Positions 36,749 to 50,026 of a stretch of DNA of 64,000 nt are shown piece after piece. The DNA is from Mobula hypostoma (lineage: Eukaryota): NCBI RefSeq assembly GCF_963921235.1, contig NC_086097.1:1674001-1738000 (forward strand), read 5' to 3'. The first letter of the stretch is position 1. Each line of letters opens with the position of its first letter. The translations under genes were made by a program, and so were the position numbers. The notes beneath the pieces were generated by a model, which had not been told where the DNA came from, did not search any database, and worked only from the letters and a program-made list of their open reading frames with translations.

Positions 36749-39700
36749 TGAGACTGCCTGGTAGCCGCTGTTGGAGTAACAGCTCTCTACTGCTGCTCCT
36801 AATTTACTTACTTTTCTCTCCAGCCTTTTGAAATACTATTGCTAGACGGGATTTATTTTAATATGACTACCAAAGCAGCTTTAGAAGCTATTACAAGTTC
36901 AATTCAAAAGCATAATGAGGAGTTTCAACAGTTTAGAAAAGAAATCAGCACTGAAATTAAACAAATAGGTACAAAACTAGAAGATATTCAAGCAATTCTA
37001 ACCGAACATGATAAGAAGATAAAGGAACATGAAGATGTTATTACTTTACTGGACGGGAGAATGGATGATATGCAAAAGCTATATAAAAAACAATTTAAAA
37101 GCAACGAAATGATGAGACAGAAGGTTATTGATTTGGAAAACAGAAGTAGGAGGAACAACTTACGAATCTTGGGACTTAAAGAACATACGGAAGGAGATAA
37201 TCCTAAAGAAGTCTTTGCAAACCTTTTGATGGAATTATTCCCAGATATTATAAAGTCTCTGCCTTTGATTGATCGTGCTCACAGGTCACCTATCCATGGA
37301 TCGGCTTCAAAATCTAAACCAAGATCAGTCATTATATGTTCCTATGAATTTCAAATAAAGGATCGTCTGATTCGAGCTGCCAGTGGAAAAGGTATGATTG
37401 GTTACCAAGATCAAAAGATAGGTATTGTTCAAGACTTTTCATCAGAAGTTATGGCAAAACGTGCTAAATTCGAAAAAGTTATGATGGAGTTATACAGTCA
37501 AAATTTAAACCCTCTCTTCGTTCTCCAGCTCAACTAAGGATTACACTGGAAGAGAGATAATTTAATTGATTATATACAAAGGAACAGATGCAAGAATTTT
37601 TAGACTTTGAAAAAAATGAATGAATATATATATATAGAATAGACTAAAAATCTTGCAAAAACAGAAATACTACATATTAAAAAATGACTGTTTAATATTT
37701 TTTAGTATGAATAATTGTTATTTTTTTTGATAAACCCATCTAAGCTTGTTCCTCACTGTATTATTTAGTCTTGGTTGGAATAGTAAATAACCTTGAATTC
37801 TTGGAGCGGTTCCAACAGGCTTTCTAAGAGAATGTGTTTCGGGGAAGTAGATATTGGTTGCTCTATGACCGATTTTCTCTCTTTGGGAGGGGGAGGAGGG
37901 ATGGGGAGTCTTTTTTTCTTGAAGCTGATTTGGGAATCTAGTCAATTCTGTTGCTAGTCAATGTATCTCAGGGTTTATTATTTGGGTTTGATATATATAT
38001 TTTTCTGATTGCTATTTTAATCTTTCTTATAGAGAGCCTTAAAATGGATCAAAGTATTAATTTACTTAGTTTAACGTAAAAGGACTAAATCACCCCGTGA
38101 AAAGAAATAAGATTTTTGCCTATATTAAAAAACTTAAGGTAACCATTGTTTTTCTTCAAGAAACACATGTACGTAAGTGTAACAATTCACGCTTTTTTTT
38201 CAATGGAGAGAGACTCATTTTCATTCTTCATTTCAGCCAAAGCAAGACGAGTTTTGATCCTCATAGAAAATAAAGTTCCCTTTGTTCAACATAAAGTAAT
38301 TTCTGTTACTAATGGGCGTTCTGTTATAGTGTCAGGGAAATGAAATAACAAGCTAATGGTATTTGCCAATGTGTATGCTCTGAATATGGATGACCCAGGT
38401 TTCTTTGAGCAGTTTTTTTCATTTTTGCCAGATCTAAGTCTGTACTCATTGGCGATGGGTGGAGACTTTAATTGTTGCTTAGATCCAGTTTTAGATTGTT
38501 CATTTTTTAAACTAATGATCAAATAAATCAGCTGTGTTTATTAAATCTTTTTTAATGAAATGTGGCATTGTTGATGCCTAGCATTTTTTTCATCCGGTAG
38601 ATAAGGAATATTCGTTTTTTTCTCATGTTCATCATACATATTCCAGGATTGATTTTTTTTATTGATAGCCAAATGATTCCATTAGTTCGATCTTGTGAAT
38701 ATAAAGAAATTGCTGTTTCAGATCACGCTCCTGTGTTTCTATCTTTAAATCTTCCTGGTTTTCTTCAAACAAATAGATTTTGGCGTTTTAATCTAACTTT
38801 GTTATTTGATAAAGATTTTTTAAAGTTTATGGAGAGACAAATTACCTTTTTTTTGAAGAGAATACGTTAGAGGAGACTTCTAGTCTTATCAGATGGGATG
38901 CCTTTAAGGCGTATATTAGAGGACAAATTATTTCTTATAGTGCAAGTATTAAGAGGAAAGCTAATAAAGAGAGAAGTGATTTAGCTAATCAGCTGAAACA
39001 ATTAGACCAAGAGTATGCCTTGGCTCCGGAACCTGCCTTATATGAAAGACGTGTTGAAATTAAAACTAAATATGATCTCCTTTTAACTTATTCAATTGAA
39101 ACCCAACTCCTAAAAGATAAAAGTTAATTTTATATTTATGGAGATAAAACAGGTAAATTATTGGCTGATCAAATTAAAACGTTTATAGCTAAACAGCAGA
39201 TTAAAGAAATATGCAAAGCTCATGGTGAAAGGACAATTGATTATTTAGAAATAAATGTTACTTTTAGAGAATTTTATTCTAAAACTCTATAGTTCTGAAT
39301 CTTCTAAGGATAACACTGTAATGAACAATTTTTTAGACCAACTAAACATTCCTACAATTTCTTCCGACAACAGAAAGTTGTCGGAACAACCTATTTCTTT
39401 TGAGGAAATTGTTGAGGCTGTATGCTCATTATATTTGAGGAAAGCTCCGGGTCCAGATGGATTTTCTGGAGAGTTTTACAAGATCTTTTCCTCACTGCTT
39501 GTATCTCATTTATGTTCAGTTTTTTTGGATTCATTCAAGTTAGGCAGACTCCCTCAGTCTTTTTATGAGGCTTTCATTTCGCTTATCCTTAAAAAGAATA
39601 AGGATCCAACGGAATGCCCTTCTTATAGACCAATTTCTTTACTTAATGTTGATACTAAGATCCTATCTAAAGTTTTGGCCCATAGGATTGAAAATATTTT

Positions 39701-42058
39701 ACCATCTGTCATTTCTGATAATCAGACTGGATTTATTAAAAATCGATATTCTTATTTTAATATTCATTGGTTATTAAATGTTATTTATTCTCCTTTTAAC
39801 ATGATATTGGAATGTGTGGTATCCCTAGATGCTGAGAAATCTTTCGACAGAGTTGAATGGAATTATTTATTTAAAACTTTAGAAAAATTCAATTTTGGAC
39901 CCATTATCATTCAATGGATAAAATTACTTTACTTAGCTCCTTCCGCTAGGGTTATCACTAATTCTCATAACTCCAAACCATTTAAGATTCAATGTGGCAC
40001 TAGACAAGGCTGTCCATTGAGCCCTTTGCTTTTTGATCTGGCCTTAGAAACTTTAGCCATTGCCTTTCAAGAATCTAATGATTTCACCTCTATTTTAAGG
40101 AGGGACACTATTCACAAAGTCTTGCTGTACACTGATGATCTGCTGCTATTTATTTCTAATGCTGAGACTTCGTTACCCCATGTGCTTTCTTACTCTCCTG
40201 TTTTAGCCAGTTCTCAGGTTATAAATTAAACCTACATAAAAGTGAACTTTTCCCTCTGAACAGTTTGATACCAATAAATTCTAACTTTCCTTTTAAAATT
40301 GTACGAAACCAATTTACCTATTTAGGTGTAACAATCACTAAAAATTGTAAGTGTCTATTTAAAGAAAATTTTCTTACTATATTGAATCATGTAAAAAGAA
40401 TACTATCAAATTGGTCGCCTCTTTTGTTATCGTTAATTGGTCGAATTAACTCTATCAAAATGAATATATTACCTAAATTTATGTATCTTTTTCAGGCATT
40501 GCCAGTTTTCATTCCTAAATCCTTTTTTGTTTCTCTTGACTCTATTATATCTTGTTATTTATGGAAGAATAAGTGTTCTAGATTAAATAAAATTCATCTT
40601 CAGAAAGATAAAAAGAATGGAAGATTAGCCTTACCAAACTTTAGATTTTATTATTGGGCAGTTAATATAAGAAATCTTACGTTTTGGTTATATTATATAA
40701 ATCATGAGGATTGCCCGATGTGGGTTTTTTAGAAGCTAATCCTGTTAATAAATTCTCTATTATTTCTCTTCTTGGATCCTCACTTCTTTTGTCTTTGAGT
40801 AAGTTAACTGATAATCTGGTAGTTAAACACACTATAAGGATTTGGATACAATTCTGAAAATATTTTGGCTTATTCAGATTTTCTCTTTCAAGTCCCATTT
40901 ATCTAATTTTTTTTTAAACCCTCTCCAATTGATGTAGCTTTTAAAGAATGGGATAGATTAGGTATTAAATGCTTTCAGGACTTGTTTGTAGAGGTAAGTC
41001 TTTTTTCATTTGAACAACTGTCAATTAGATATAGTTTACCCAAAACGCATTTTTTCCATATCTACAAATAAGAAATTTTTTACGGTCTCAAATAAGTACA
41101 TTTCCTAAAAGTCCTGATAAGAAACTACTAGATGTAATCTTTAATCTGAAACCTTTTTATAATGGATCTATATCTAATATTTATAATATGCTTTTTGGAA
41201 TGGGGAGTGTTCCTTTAGATAAAATTAAAAATCTTTGGGAACAAGATTTATAGACTTCAATTTCTAAGGAAACTTGGAATCAAATTTTTAAATTGGTCAA
41301 CACTTCATCGTTATGTGCCCGTCACTCTCTCCTTCAATTTAAAGTGGTCCATAGGCCCCATATGACCAAGGATTAGTAGTCTCATTTTTATTTAGATATA
41401 TCTCCATATTGTGATAAATGTAATAATGGAGAAGCTTCACTCATTCATATGTTTTGGACATGTCCGAGTCTTGGAAAATATTGGAAAGAAGTATTTCAAA
41501 CCTTTTCGATACTATTCAAAGTAAATTTAAGTCTAATCCTTTGACTGGTTTATTTGGTATTGTTGGAGGAAAGGATATCATTTTGGAGCCATTCAATCTG
41601 CACATTTTGGCTTTTATGTCTCTCATGGCCAGAAGGACGCTTTTGCTTAAATGGAAAGATGTGGCCCCTCCTATTCACGCTCAATGGTTATGTGATGTGA
41701 TATCATGTTTAAACTTAGAGAAGATTCGATGTTCAATCTCTGAATCTAGCCAAGACTTTCAAACATTATAGGGACCTTTTTTGAATTATTTTCAAAACCT
41801 TTGATTTGCTGTTAAAACACAGATGATGACTAACAATCTTTTTTCTTTTTTTTCTACTAATTAGCTTCGGTCTTGGTAGTGGGTTAGCATTTTTTTAAAT
41901 ATAATAAAATTATTATTTTTCAATGTTATGAACTAATTGACTTGTATGAATATAGGGTAAGGAGTCTCTATATGCGATTTAGTTCAATGTATTGACATAC
42001 ATTTTTTTCCTGTACTGTATTCTTATATATAGAAATTAATAAAAATATTGGAAAGAAA
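36749..42058 (+). mobile_element. L1/Tx1-clade LINE #3 (ORF1 36839-37537, decayed ORF2 ~38045-41800)
   Basis: ORF1 coiled coil plus DLENRSRRNNLRILGL and IDRAHRS; ORF2 KAPGPDGFSGEFY, GTRQGCPLSPLLF, YTDD; AATAAA; 14-bp TSD AGAATTAGTCCATT at 36735-36748 and 42059-42072. Confidence 0.93.
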
Positions 42059-42072
42059 AGAATTAGTCCATT

Positions 42073-44302
42073 AAGTCTGCTCTGCCATTTCATCATGGCC
42101 AGTTTATTCTCACGCTCAATCCCATTCTCTTGCCTATTCCTTGAAATCTTTGACACCCTGACTAATCAAGAACCTATCAACCTCTGCTTTAAATATACTC
42201 AATGACCTGGCTTCCACAGATCACCTCTCACTAGCAAAAGAAAATTTTCCTCATCTCTGTTCTAAATGGATATTCTGAATTGTGCCCTCTGGTCCTGGAT
42301 TCCTCCACTGTAGGAATCATCCTCTCCACACCCACTCTTCCAATACTTGATAGGTTTCAAAGACACCGTGCCCTCCCCCACCCATTCTTCTAAACTCCAG
42401 AAAAATATAGGCCCTGATCCATCAACGCTACTCATATGTTAACCCTTTTTTTCCTGGGATAATTCTCGAGAACCTCCTCTGGAGACTCTTGAATACCAAC
42501 ACATCTTTTCTAAGATAAGGAGCCAAGCAACCACAGTAGTTTGGTCCTGACTAACACCTTATGAAGTCTTAACATTGCATCCTTGCTTTTGTATTCTAGT
42601 CCTCTAGAAATGTGTGCTAACATTGTATTTACCTTATCTCAAATTCAACCTACAAATTAACCTTTAGAAATCCTGCACAAGGACTCCCAAGTCCCTTGCA
42701 TCTTGGATTTTTGAATTTTCTGCCCGTTTAGAAAATAGTCCACACCTTTATTCTTTCTGCCAGAGTGTATGATCATACACTTCCCAACATTGTATTCCAT
42801 CTGCCATGTCTTTGTCCATTCCCCAAATCTGTGTAAGACCTTCTACAGCCTCTTTGCTTCCTCAACACTACCTTCCCCTCCACCTTACTTTGTATCGTCC
42901 ACAAACTTGGTCCAAAGCCGTCAACTCCATCGTTCAAATCATTGACATATAACATAAAAAGAAGCGGTCCCAACACAGACCCCCTGTGGAACACAATGAG
43001 TCATCAGCAGCCAACCAGAAAAGGCTCCCTTCATTCCCACACCTTTTGCCTCTTGCTAGTCAGCCAGTCTTCTACCTATGCGAGTGCAGGCGGGAGGAGA
43101 AGATGGCAGCGTGCCGCACGTGCGCATCGAATCTTCTCTAAGTTTAAATGATATCGTATCTGTTAAATAGGGGCTGTGGACAATTCTGATTTGATGGAGA
43201 TGGACGTGAAAGCTCAGAGGAACATCTGAAGAAATTTCTGAAACGCCCGTCTGCTGCTGTCATTACTGTGTGGTCGGGAATCTTTCAGAGGGTGGGCCTC
43301 AAAATCCCCGGCCTTGCCTGCTTTTGGCGACCGAGAAAGAGGTCGAATCGCTCGGACAGAGATGGCGCTCAGTACTCGGTGTCAGAGAGCTGATCAGAGC
43401 TCGAAGTTTTCGGATGACTCAGAGACAGATTGCGGTCGGCATGGCAGGGAGGGTTTTCCTTCCTTCTCCCGTCTGAGTGAGATATGGGACATTTGAGAGA
43501 CTTTGAACTTTTACTGGGCTCACGGACTTCTTCATCAAGTTATGGTATTGTTGCACTGTTGTAACTATATGTTATAATTATGTGGTTTTGTCAGTTTTTT
43601 CCGTTTTGGTCTGTCCTGTGTTTTGTGATATCACACCAGAGGAAATAATGTATCATTTCTTAATGCATGCATTACTAAATGACAATAAAAGAGGACTACA
43701 TGTCTTCATCATCTAAAACTTTCCTGTAATACCTCAGGCTCTTACCTTCTTAAACAGCTTCATGTGTGGCACCTTCTCCACGAGACCGTAAGGCATGGGG
43801 GCAGAAAGAGACCATTCAGCCCATCAAGTCTGCTCCACAATTTTCTCATGGCTGATCTATTTTCCCTCTCAGCCTCAATCTCCCACCTCCCCCCACCCAC
43901 CCTCCTCGTATCCCTCATTCCCTACATGCCCTGATCAATCAAGAATCTATCAACCTCTGCCTTAAATACATCCAATGACTTGGCCTCCACAGCCGCCTGT
44001 GGCAATGATTTCCACAGGTTCACCATCCTCTGGCTAAAGAAATCCCTCATCTCCGTTCTAAAATGATGCCCCTCTATTCTAGGCTCTCCCACCACAGGAA
44101 ATATCCTCTCCACATCCACTCTATCAAGGCCTGTCACCATTCAATAGGTTTCAATGAGGTCACCCCTCATTCTTCAGAATTCCAGTGAATACAGGCCAAG
44201 AGCCATCAGACTTACTTCATATGTCAAACTATTCAACCTCGGAATCATTTTTGTGAACCTCCTTTGAATCCTCTCCAGTTCCATCACATCCTTTCTAAGA
44301 TA
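42073..44302 (-). mobile_element. Older CR1 fragments (hosts of later insertions)
   Basis: GSVLGPLLFMLYVNDL and GLDRVDVERIFP peptides on the minus strand. Confidence 0.75.
43085..43717 (+). mobile_element. ~640-bp non-autonomous retroposon, copy 3 (subtype A)
   Basis: TGCAGGCGGGAGGAGAAGATGGC...GACAATAAAAGAGGACTACATGTCTTCATCATCTA. Confidence 0.8.
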
Positions 44303-46003
44303 AATGCAAGAAGCATCAGGAACAAAGGTGATGAACTGAGAGCTTCGATACATACATGGAATTATGATGTAGTGGCCATTACAGAGACTTGGCTGGCACC
44401 AGGGCAGGAATGGATTCTCAATATTCCTGGATTTCAGTGCTTTAAAAGGGATAGAGAGGGCAGAAAAAGGGGAGGAGGGGTGGCATTACTGGTCAGGGAT
44501 ACTATTACAGCTACAGAAAGGGTGGGTAATGTAGCAGGATCCTCTTTTGAGTCAGTATGGGTGGAAGTCAGGAACAGGAAGGGAGCAGTTACTCTATTGG
44601 GGGTATTCTATAGGCCCCCTGGTAGCAGCAGAGATACAGAGGAGCAGATTGGGAGGCAGATTTTGGAAAGGTGCAAAAATACAGGGTTGTTATCATGGGT
44701 GACTTTAACTTCCCTAATATTGATTGACACCTGATTAGTTCCAAGGGTTTAGATGGGGCAGAGTTCGTTACTTGTGTCCAGGATGGATTCCAGTCACAGT
44801 ATGTGGACAGGCCGACCAGGGGGAATGCCATACTAGATCTAGTACTAGGTAATGAACCGGGTCAGGTCATAGATCTCTCAGTGGGTGAGTATCTGGGGGA
44901 CAGTGACCACCGCTCCCTGGCCTTTAACATTATCATGGAAAAGGATAGAATCAGAGAGGACAGGAAAATTTTTAATTGGGGAAGGTATTATGAGGCTATA
45001 AGGCTAGAACTTGCGGGTGTGAATTGGGATGATGTTTTTGCAGGGAAATGTACTATGGACATGTGGTCGATGTTTAGGGATCTCTTGCTGGATGTTAGGG
45101 ATAAATTTGTCCCGGTGAGGAAAATAAAGAATGGTAGGATGAAGGAACCATGGGTGACAAGTGAGGTGGAAAATCTAGTCAGGTGGGAGAAGGCAGCATA
45201 CATGAGGTTTAGGAAGCAAGGATCAGATGGGTCTATTGAGGAATATAGGGAAGCAAGAAAGGAGGTTAAGGAAGGGCTGAGGAGAGCAAGAAGGGGGCAT
45301 GAGAAGGCCTTGGTGAGTAGGGTGAAGGAAAACCCCAAGGCATTCTTCAATTATGTGAAGAACAAAAGGATGACAGGAGTGAAGGTAGGACCAATTAGAG
45401 ATAAAGGTGGGAAGATGAGCCTGGAGGCTGTGGAAGTGAGCGAGGTCCTCAATGAATACTTCTCTTCGGTATTCACCAATGAGAGGGAACTTGATGACGG
45501 TGAGGACAATATGAGTGAGGTTGATGTTCTGGAGTATGTTGATATTAAGGGAGAGGAGGTGTTGGAGTTGTTAAAATACATTAGGACGGATAAGTCCCCG
45601 GGGCCTGACGGAATATTCCCCAGGCTGTTCCACGAGGCGAGAGAAGAGATTGCTGAGCCTCTGGCTAGGATCTTTATGTCCTCGTTGTCCACAGGAATGG
45701 TACCGGAGGATTGGAGGGAGGCGAATGTTGTCCCCTTGTTCAAAAAAGGTAGTAGGGATAGTCCGGGTAATTATAGACCAGTGAGCCTTACGTCTGTGGT
45801 GGGAAAGCTGTTGGAAAAGATTCTTAGAGATAGGATCTATGGGTATTTAGAGAATCATGGTCTGATCAGGGACAGTCAGCATGGCTTTGTGAAGGGCAGA
45901 TCGTGTCTTACAAGCCTGATAAGAGTTCTTTCAGGAGGTGACCAGGCATATAGATGAGCGTAGTGCACTGGATGTGATCTATATGGATTTTAATAAGGCA
46001 CTT

Positions 46004-49000
46004 AGAACATAGAACATAGAATAGTACAGCACAGTACAGGCCCTTCAGCCCACAATGTTGTGCCAACCCTCAAACCCTGCCTCCCATATAAGCCCCCACC
46101 TTAAATTCCTCCATATACCTGTCCAGTAGTCTCTTAAACTTCACTAGTGTATCTGCCTCCACCACTGACTCAGGCAGTGCATTCCACGCACCAACCACTC
46201 TCTGAGTAAAAAACCTTCCTCTGATATCCCCCTTGAACTTCCCACCCCTTACCTTAAAGCCATGTCCTCTTGTATTGAGCAGTGGTGCCCTGGGGAAGAG
46301 GCACTGGCTATCCACTCTATCTATTCCTCTTATTATCTTGTACACCTCTATCATGTCTCCTTTCATCCTCCTTCTCTCCAAAGAGTAAAGCCCTAACTCC
46401 CTTAATTTCTGATCATAATGCATACTTTCTAAACCAGGCAGCATCCTGGTAAATCTCCCCTGTACCCTTTGCAATGCTTCCACATCCTTCCTATAGTGAG
46501 GCGACCAGAACTGGACACAGTACTCCAAGTGTGGCCTAACCAGAGTTTTATAGAGCTGCATCATTACATCGCGACTCTTAAACTCTATCCCTTGACTTAT
46601 GAAAGCTAACATCCCATAAACTTTCTTAACTACCCTATCTACCTGTGAGGCAACTTTCAGGAATCTGTGGACACGTACCCCCAGATCCCTCTGCTCCTCC
46701 ACACTACCAAGTATCCTGCCATTTACTTTGTACTCTGCCTTGGAATTTGTCCTTCCAAAGTGTACCACCTCACACTTCTCCGGGTTGAACTCCATCTGCC
46801 ACTTCTCAACCCACTTCGGCATCCTATCAATGTCTCTCTGCAATCTTTGACAATCCTCTACACTATCTACAACACCACCAACCTTTGTGTCGTCTGCAAA
46901 CTTGCCAACTCACCCTTCTACCCCCACATCCAGGTCGTTAATAAAAATCACGAAAAGTACAGATCCCAGAACAGAGCCTTGTGGGTCACCACTAGTTACA
47001 ATCCTCCAATCTGAATGTACTCCCTCCACCACGACCCTCTACCTTCTGCAGCCAAGCCAATTCTGAATCCACCTGGCCAAACTTCCCTGGATCCCATGCC
47101 TTCTAACTTTCTGAATAAGCCTACCATGTGGAACCTTATCAAATGCCTTACTAAAATCCATATAGATCACATCCACTGCACTACCCTCATCTATATGCCT
47201 GGTCACCTCCTCAAAGAACTCTATCAGGCTTGTTAGACATGAATTGCCTTTCACAAAGCCATGCTGACTGTCCCTGATCAGACCATGTTTCTCTAAATGC
47301 CCAGAGATCCTGTCTCTAAGAATCTTTTCCAACAGCTTTCCCACCACAAACATAAGGCTCACTGGTTTTTTATTACCCGGACTATTCCAACTACCTTTTT
47401 TGAACAAGGGGACAGTATTCACCTCCCTCCAATCCTACGATACCATTCCTGTGGACAACGAGGAGATAAAGATCCTAGCCAGAGGCTCAGCAATCTCTTC
47501 TCTTGCCTCGTGGAGCAGCCTGGGGAATATTCTGTCAGGCCCTGGGGACTTATCTGTCCTAATGTATTTTAACAACTCCAAAACCTCCTCTCCCTTAATA
47601 TCAACATGCTCCAGAACATCAACCTCACTCATATTGTGCTCACCATCATCAAGTTCCCTCTCATTGGTGAATACCGAAGAGAAGTATTATTGAGGATCTC
47701 GCTCACTTGTACAGCCTCCAGGCGCATCTTCCCACCTTTATCTCTCATCGGTCCTACCTTCACTCCTGTCATCCTTTTTTTCTTCACGTAATTGAAGAAT
47801 GCCTTGGGGTTTTCCTTTACCCTACTCACCAAGGCCTTCTCATGCCCCCTTCTTGCTCTCCTCAGCCCCTTAAGCTCCTTTCTTGCTTCCTTATATTCCT
47901 CAATAGACCCATCTGATCCTTGCTTCCTAAACCTCATGTATGCTGCCTTCTTCCACCTGACTAGATTTTCCACCTCACTTGTCACCCATGGTTCCTTCAC
48001 CCTACCATTCTTTATCTTCCTCACCGGGATTAATTTATCCCTAACATCCCGCAAGAGATCTCTAAGCATCGACCACATGTCCATAGCACATTTCCCTGCA
48101 AAAACATCATCTCAATTCACACCCGCAAGTTCTAGCCTTATAGCCTCATAATTTGCCCTTCCCCAATTAAAATTTTTCCTGTCCTCTCTGATTCTATCCT
48201 TTTCCATGATAATGTTAAAGGCCAGGGAGCGGTGGTCACTGTCCCCCAGATACTCACCCACTGAGAGATCTATGACCCGACCCGGTTCATTACCTAGTAC
48301 GAGATTTCGTATGGCATTCCCCCTGGTCGGCCTGTCAACATACTGTGACAGGAATCCGTCCTGGACACACTTAACAAACTCTGCCCCATCTAAACCCTTG
48401 GAACTAATCAGGTGTCAATCAATATTAGGGAAGTTAAAGTCACCCATGATAACAACCCTGTATTTTTGCACCTTTCCAAAATCTGCCTCCCAATCTGCTC
48501 CTCTGTATCTCTGCTGCTACCAGGGGGCCTATAGAATACCCCCAATAGAGTAACTGCTCCCTTCCTGTTCCTGACTTCCACCCATACTGACTCAAAAGAG
48601 GATCCTGCTACATTACCTACCCTTTCTGTAGCTGTAATAGTATCCCTGACCAGTAATGCCACCCCTCCTCCCCTTTTTCCACCCTCTCTATCCCTTTTAA
48701 AGCACTGAAGTCCAGGAATATTGAGAATCCATTCCTACCCTGGTGCCAGCCAAGTCTCTGTAATGGCCACTACATCATAATTCCATGTATGTACCCAAGC
48801 TCTCAGTTCATCACCTTTGTTCCTGATGCTTCTTGCATTGAGGTACACACACATTTCAGCCCTTCTACCTTACTGTCTTTACACTGTTTATTCTGCTTCT
48901 CTTTCCTCAAAGCCTCTCTATATGTTAGATCTGGCTTTACTCCATGCACTTCTTTCACTGCTCTATCGCTCTGGGTCCCAGCCCCCTCGCAAATTAGTTT

Positions 49001-50026
49001 AAACCCTCCAGAACCATGCTAGCAAACCTACCTGCAAGGATATTTCTCCCCCTCGAGTTCAGGTGCAACCCATCCAATCTGTACAGGTCCCACCTTCCCC
49101 AGAAGAGATCCCAATGATCCAAAAATCTAAAACCCTGCTCCCTGCACCAACTCCTCAGCCACGCATTCAACTGCCATCTCCTCCAATTCTTACCATTACT
49201 GTCACGTAGCACTGGCAGCAATCCTGAGAATGCCACCCTTGAGGTCCTGTTCTTCAGCCTTCTGCCTAATTCCTGAAACTCACACTTCAGGACCTCATCT
49301 CTCTTCCTGCCTATGTCGTTGGTCCCAACATGTATCACAACTTCTGGTTGCTTTCCCTCTTGTACCAGGATGTCATGCACCCGGTCAGAGACATCCCGGA
49401 CCCTGGCACCCGGGAGGCAACAAACCATGCAGGTGTCCTTCTCACATCCACAACATCTCCTGTCTGCTCCCCTGACTATAGAGTCTCCAATGATGACAGC
49501 TCTCGTCTTCTCCGTCCCACCCTTCTGCACCACAGGGTCAGACTCAGTGCCGGAGGCCCTGCCACCGTGGCTCACACCTGATCGGTCATCCCCGCCAACA
49601 GTATCCAGGACAGTAAATTTATTATTCAGGGGAATGGCTACAGGGGTGCTCTGCACTACCTGTCTGCTCACCTTCACTTTCTCCCCTCTGACTGTCACCC
49701 AACGACCTGCTTCCAACAGCCTAGGTGTGACTACCTCCCTGTAGCTCTCATCTATGACAGCCTCATTCTCCCTTATGAGTCGAAGGTCATCCAGCTGCTG
49801 CTCCAGATTCCTTACACGGTCTTCCAGATCGCCCAGCCGAATGCACTTCTGGCAGATGTGACTCTGCGGGAGAGGGGCATTCCCCCAAGACTGTCACATC
49901 TCACATGAGAGGCACATCACCATCTCAGGGGACATTGTAAAAACTAACTGCGAGCTAGCTTGTCCTCCGCCTCTCGAGTCAAAGCCTCAAAACTCCACTC
50001 CTTCACTGGCCCACTCACTCACAGAC
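46004..50026 (-). mobile_element. Near full-length CR1 LINE (5' UTR, ORF1, ORF2, (TTCTATG)n tail)
   Basis: Tail at 46004-46030; ORF2 fragments 46070-48860; ORF1 48994-49935. Confidence 0.93.
48994..49935 (-). pseudogene. CR1 ORF1: Cys-rich N-terminus, coiled coil and SGNH/GDSL esterase domain, with one early stop
   Basis: IIGDSIVRG, CLPGARV, HVGTNDIG, DGLHLN motifs; upstream CLSCEM*..HICQKC. Confidence 0.85.

Noticed and set aside
48994..49716. Host SGNH hydrolase gene
   Set aside because: It is the ORF1 esterase domain of a CR1 LINE, directly upstream of ORF2, with decayed copies at ~11.2 kb and ~52.3 kb.
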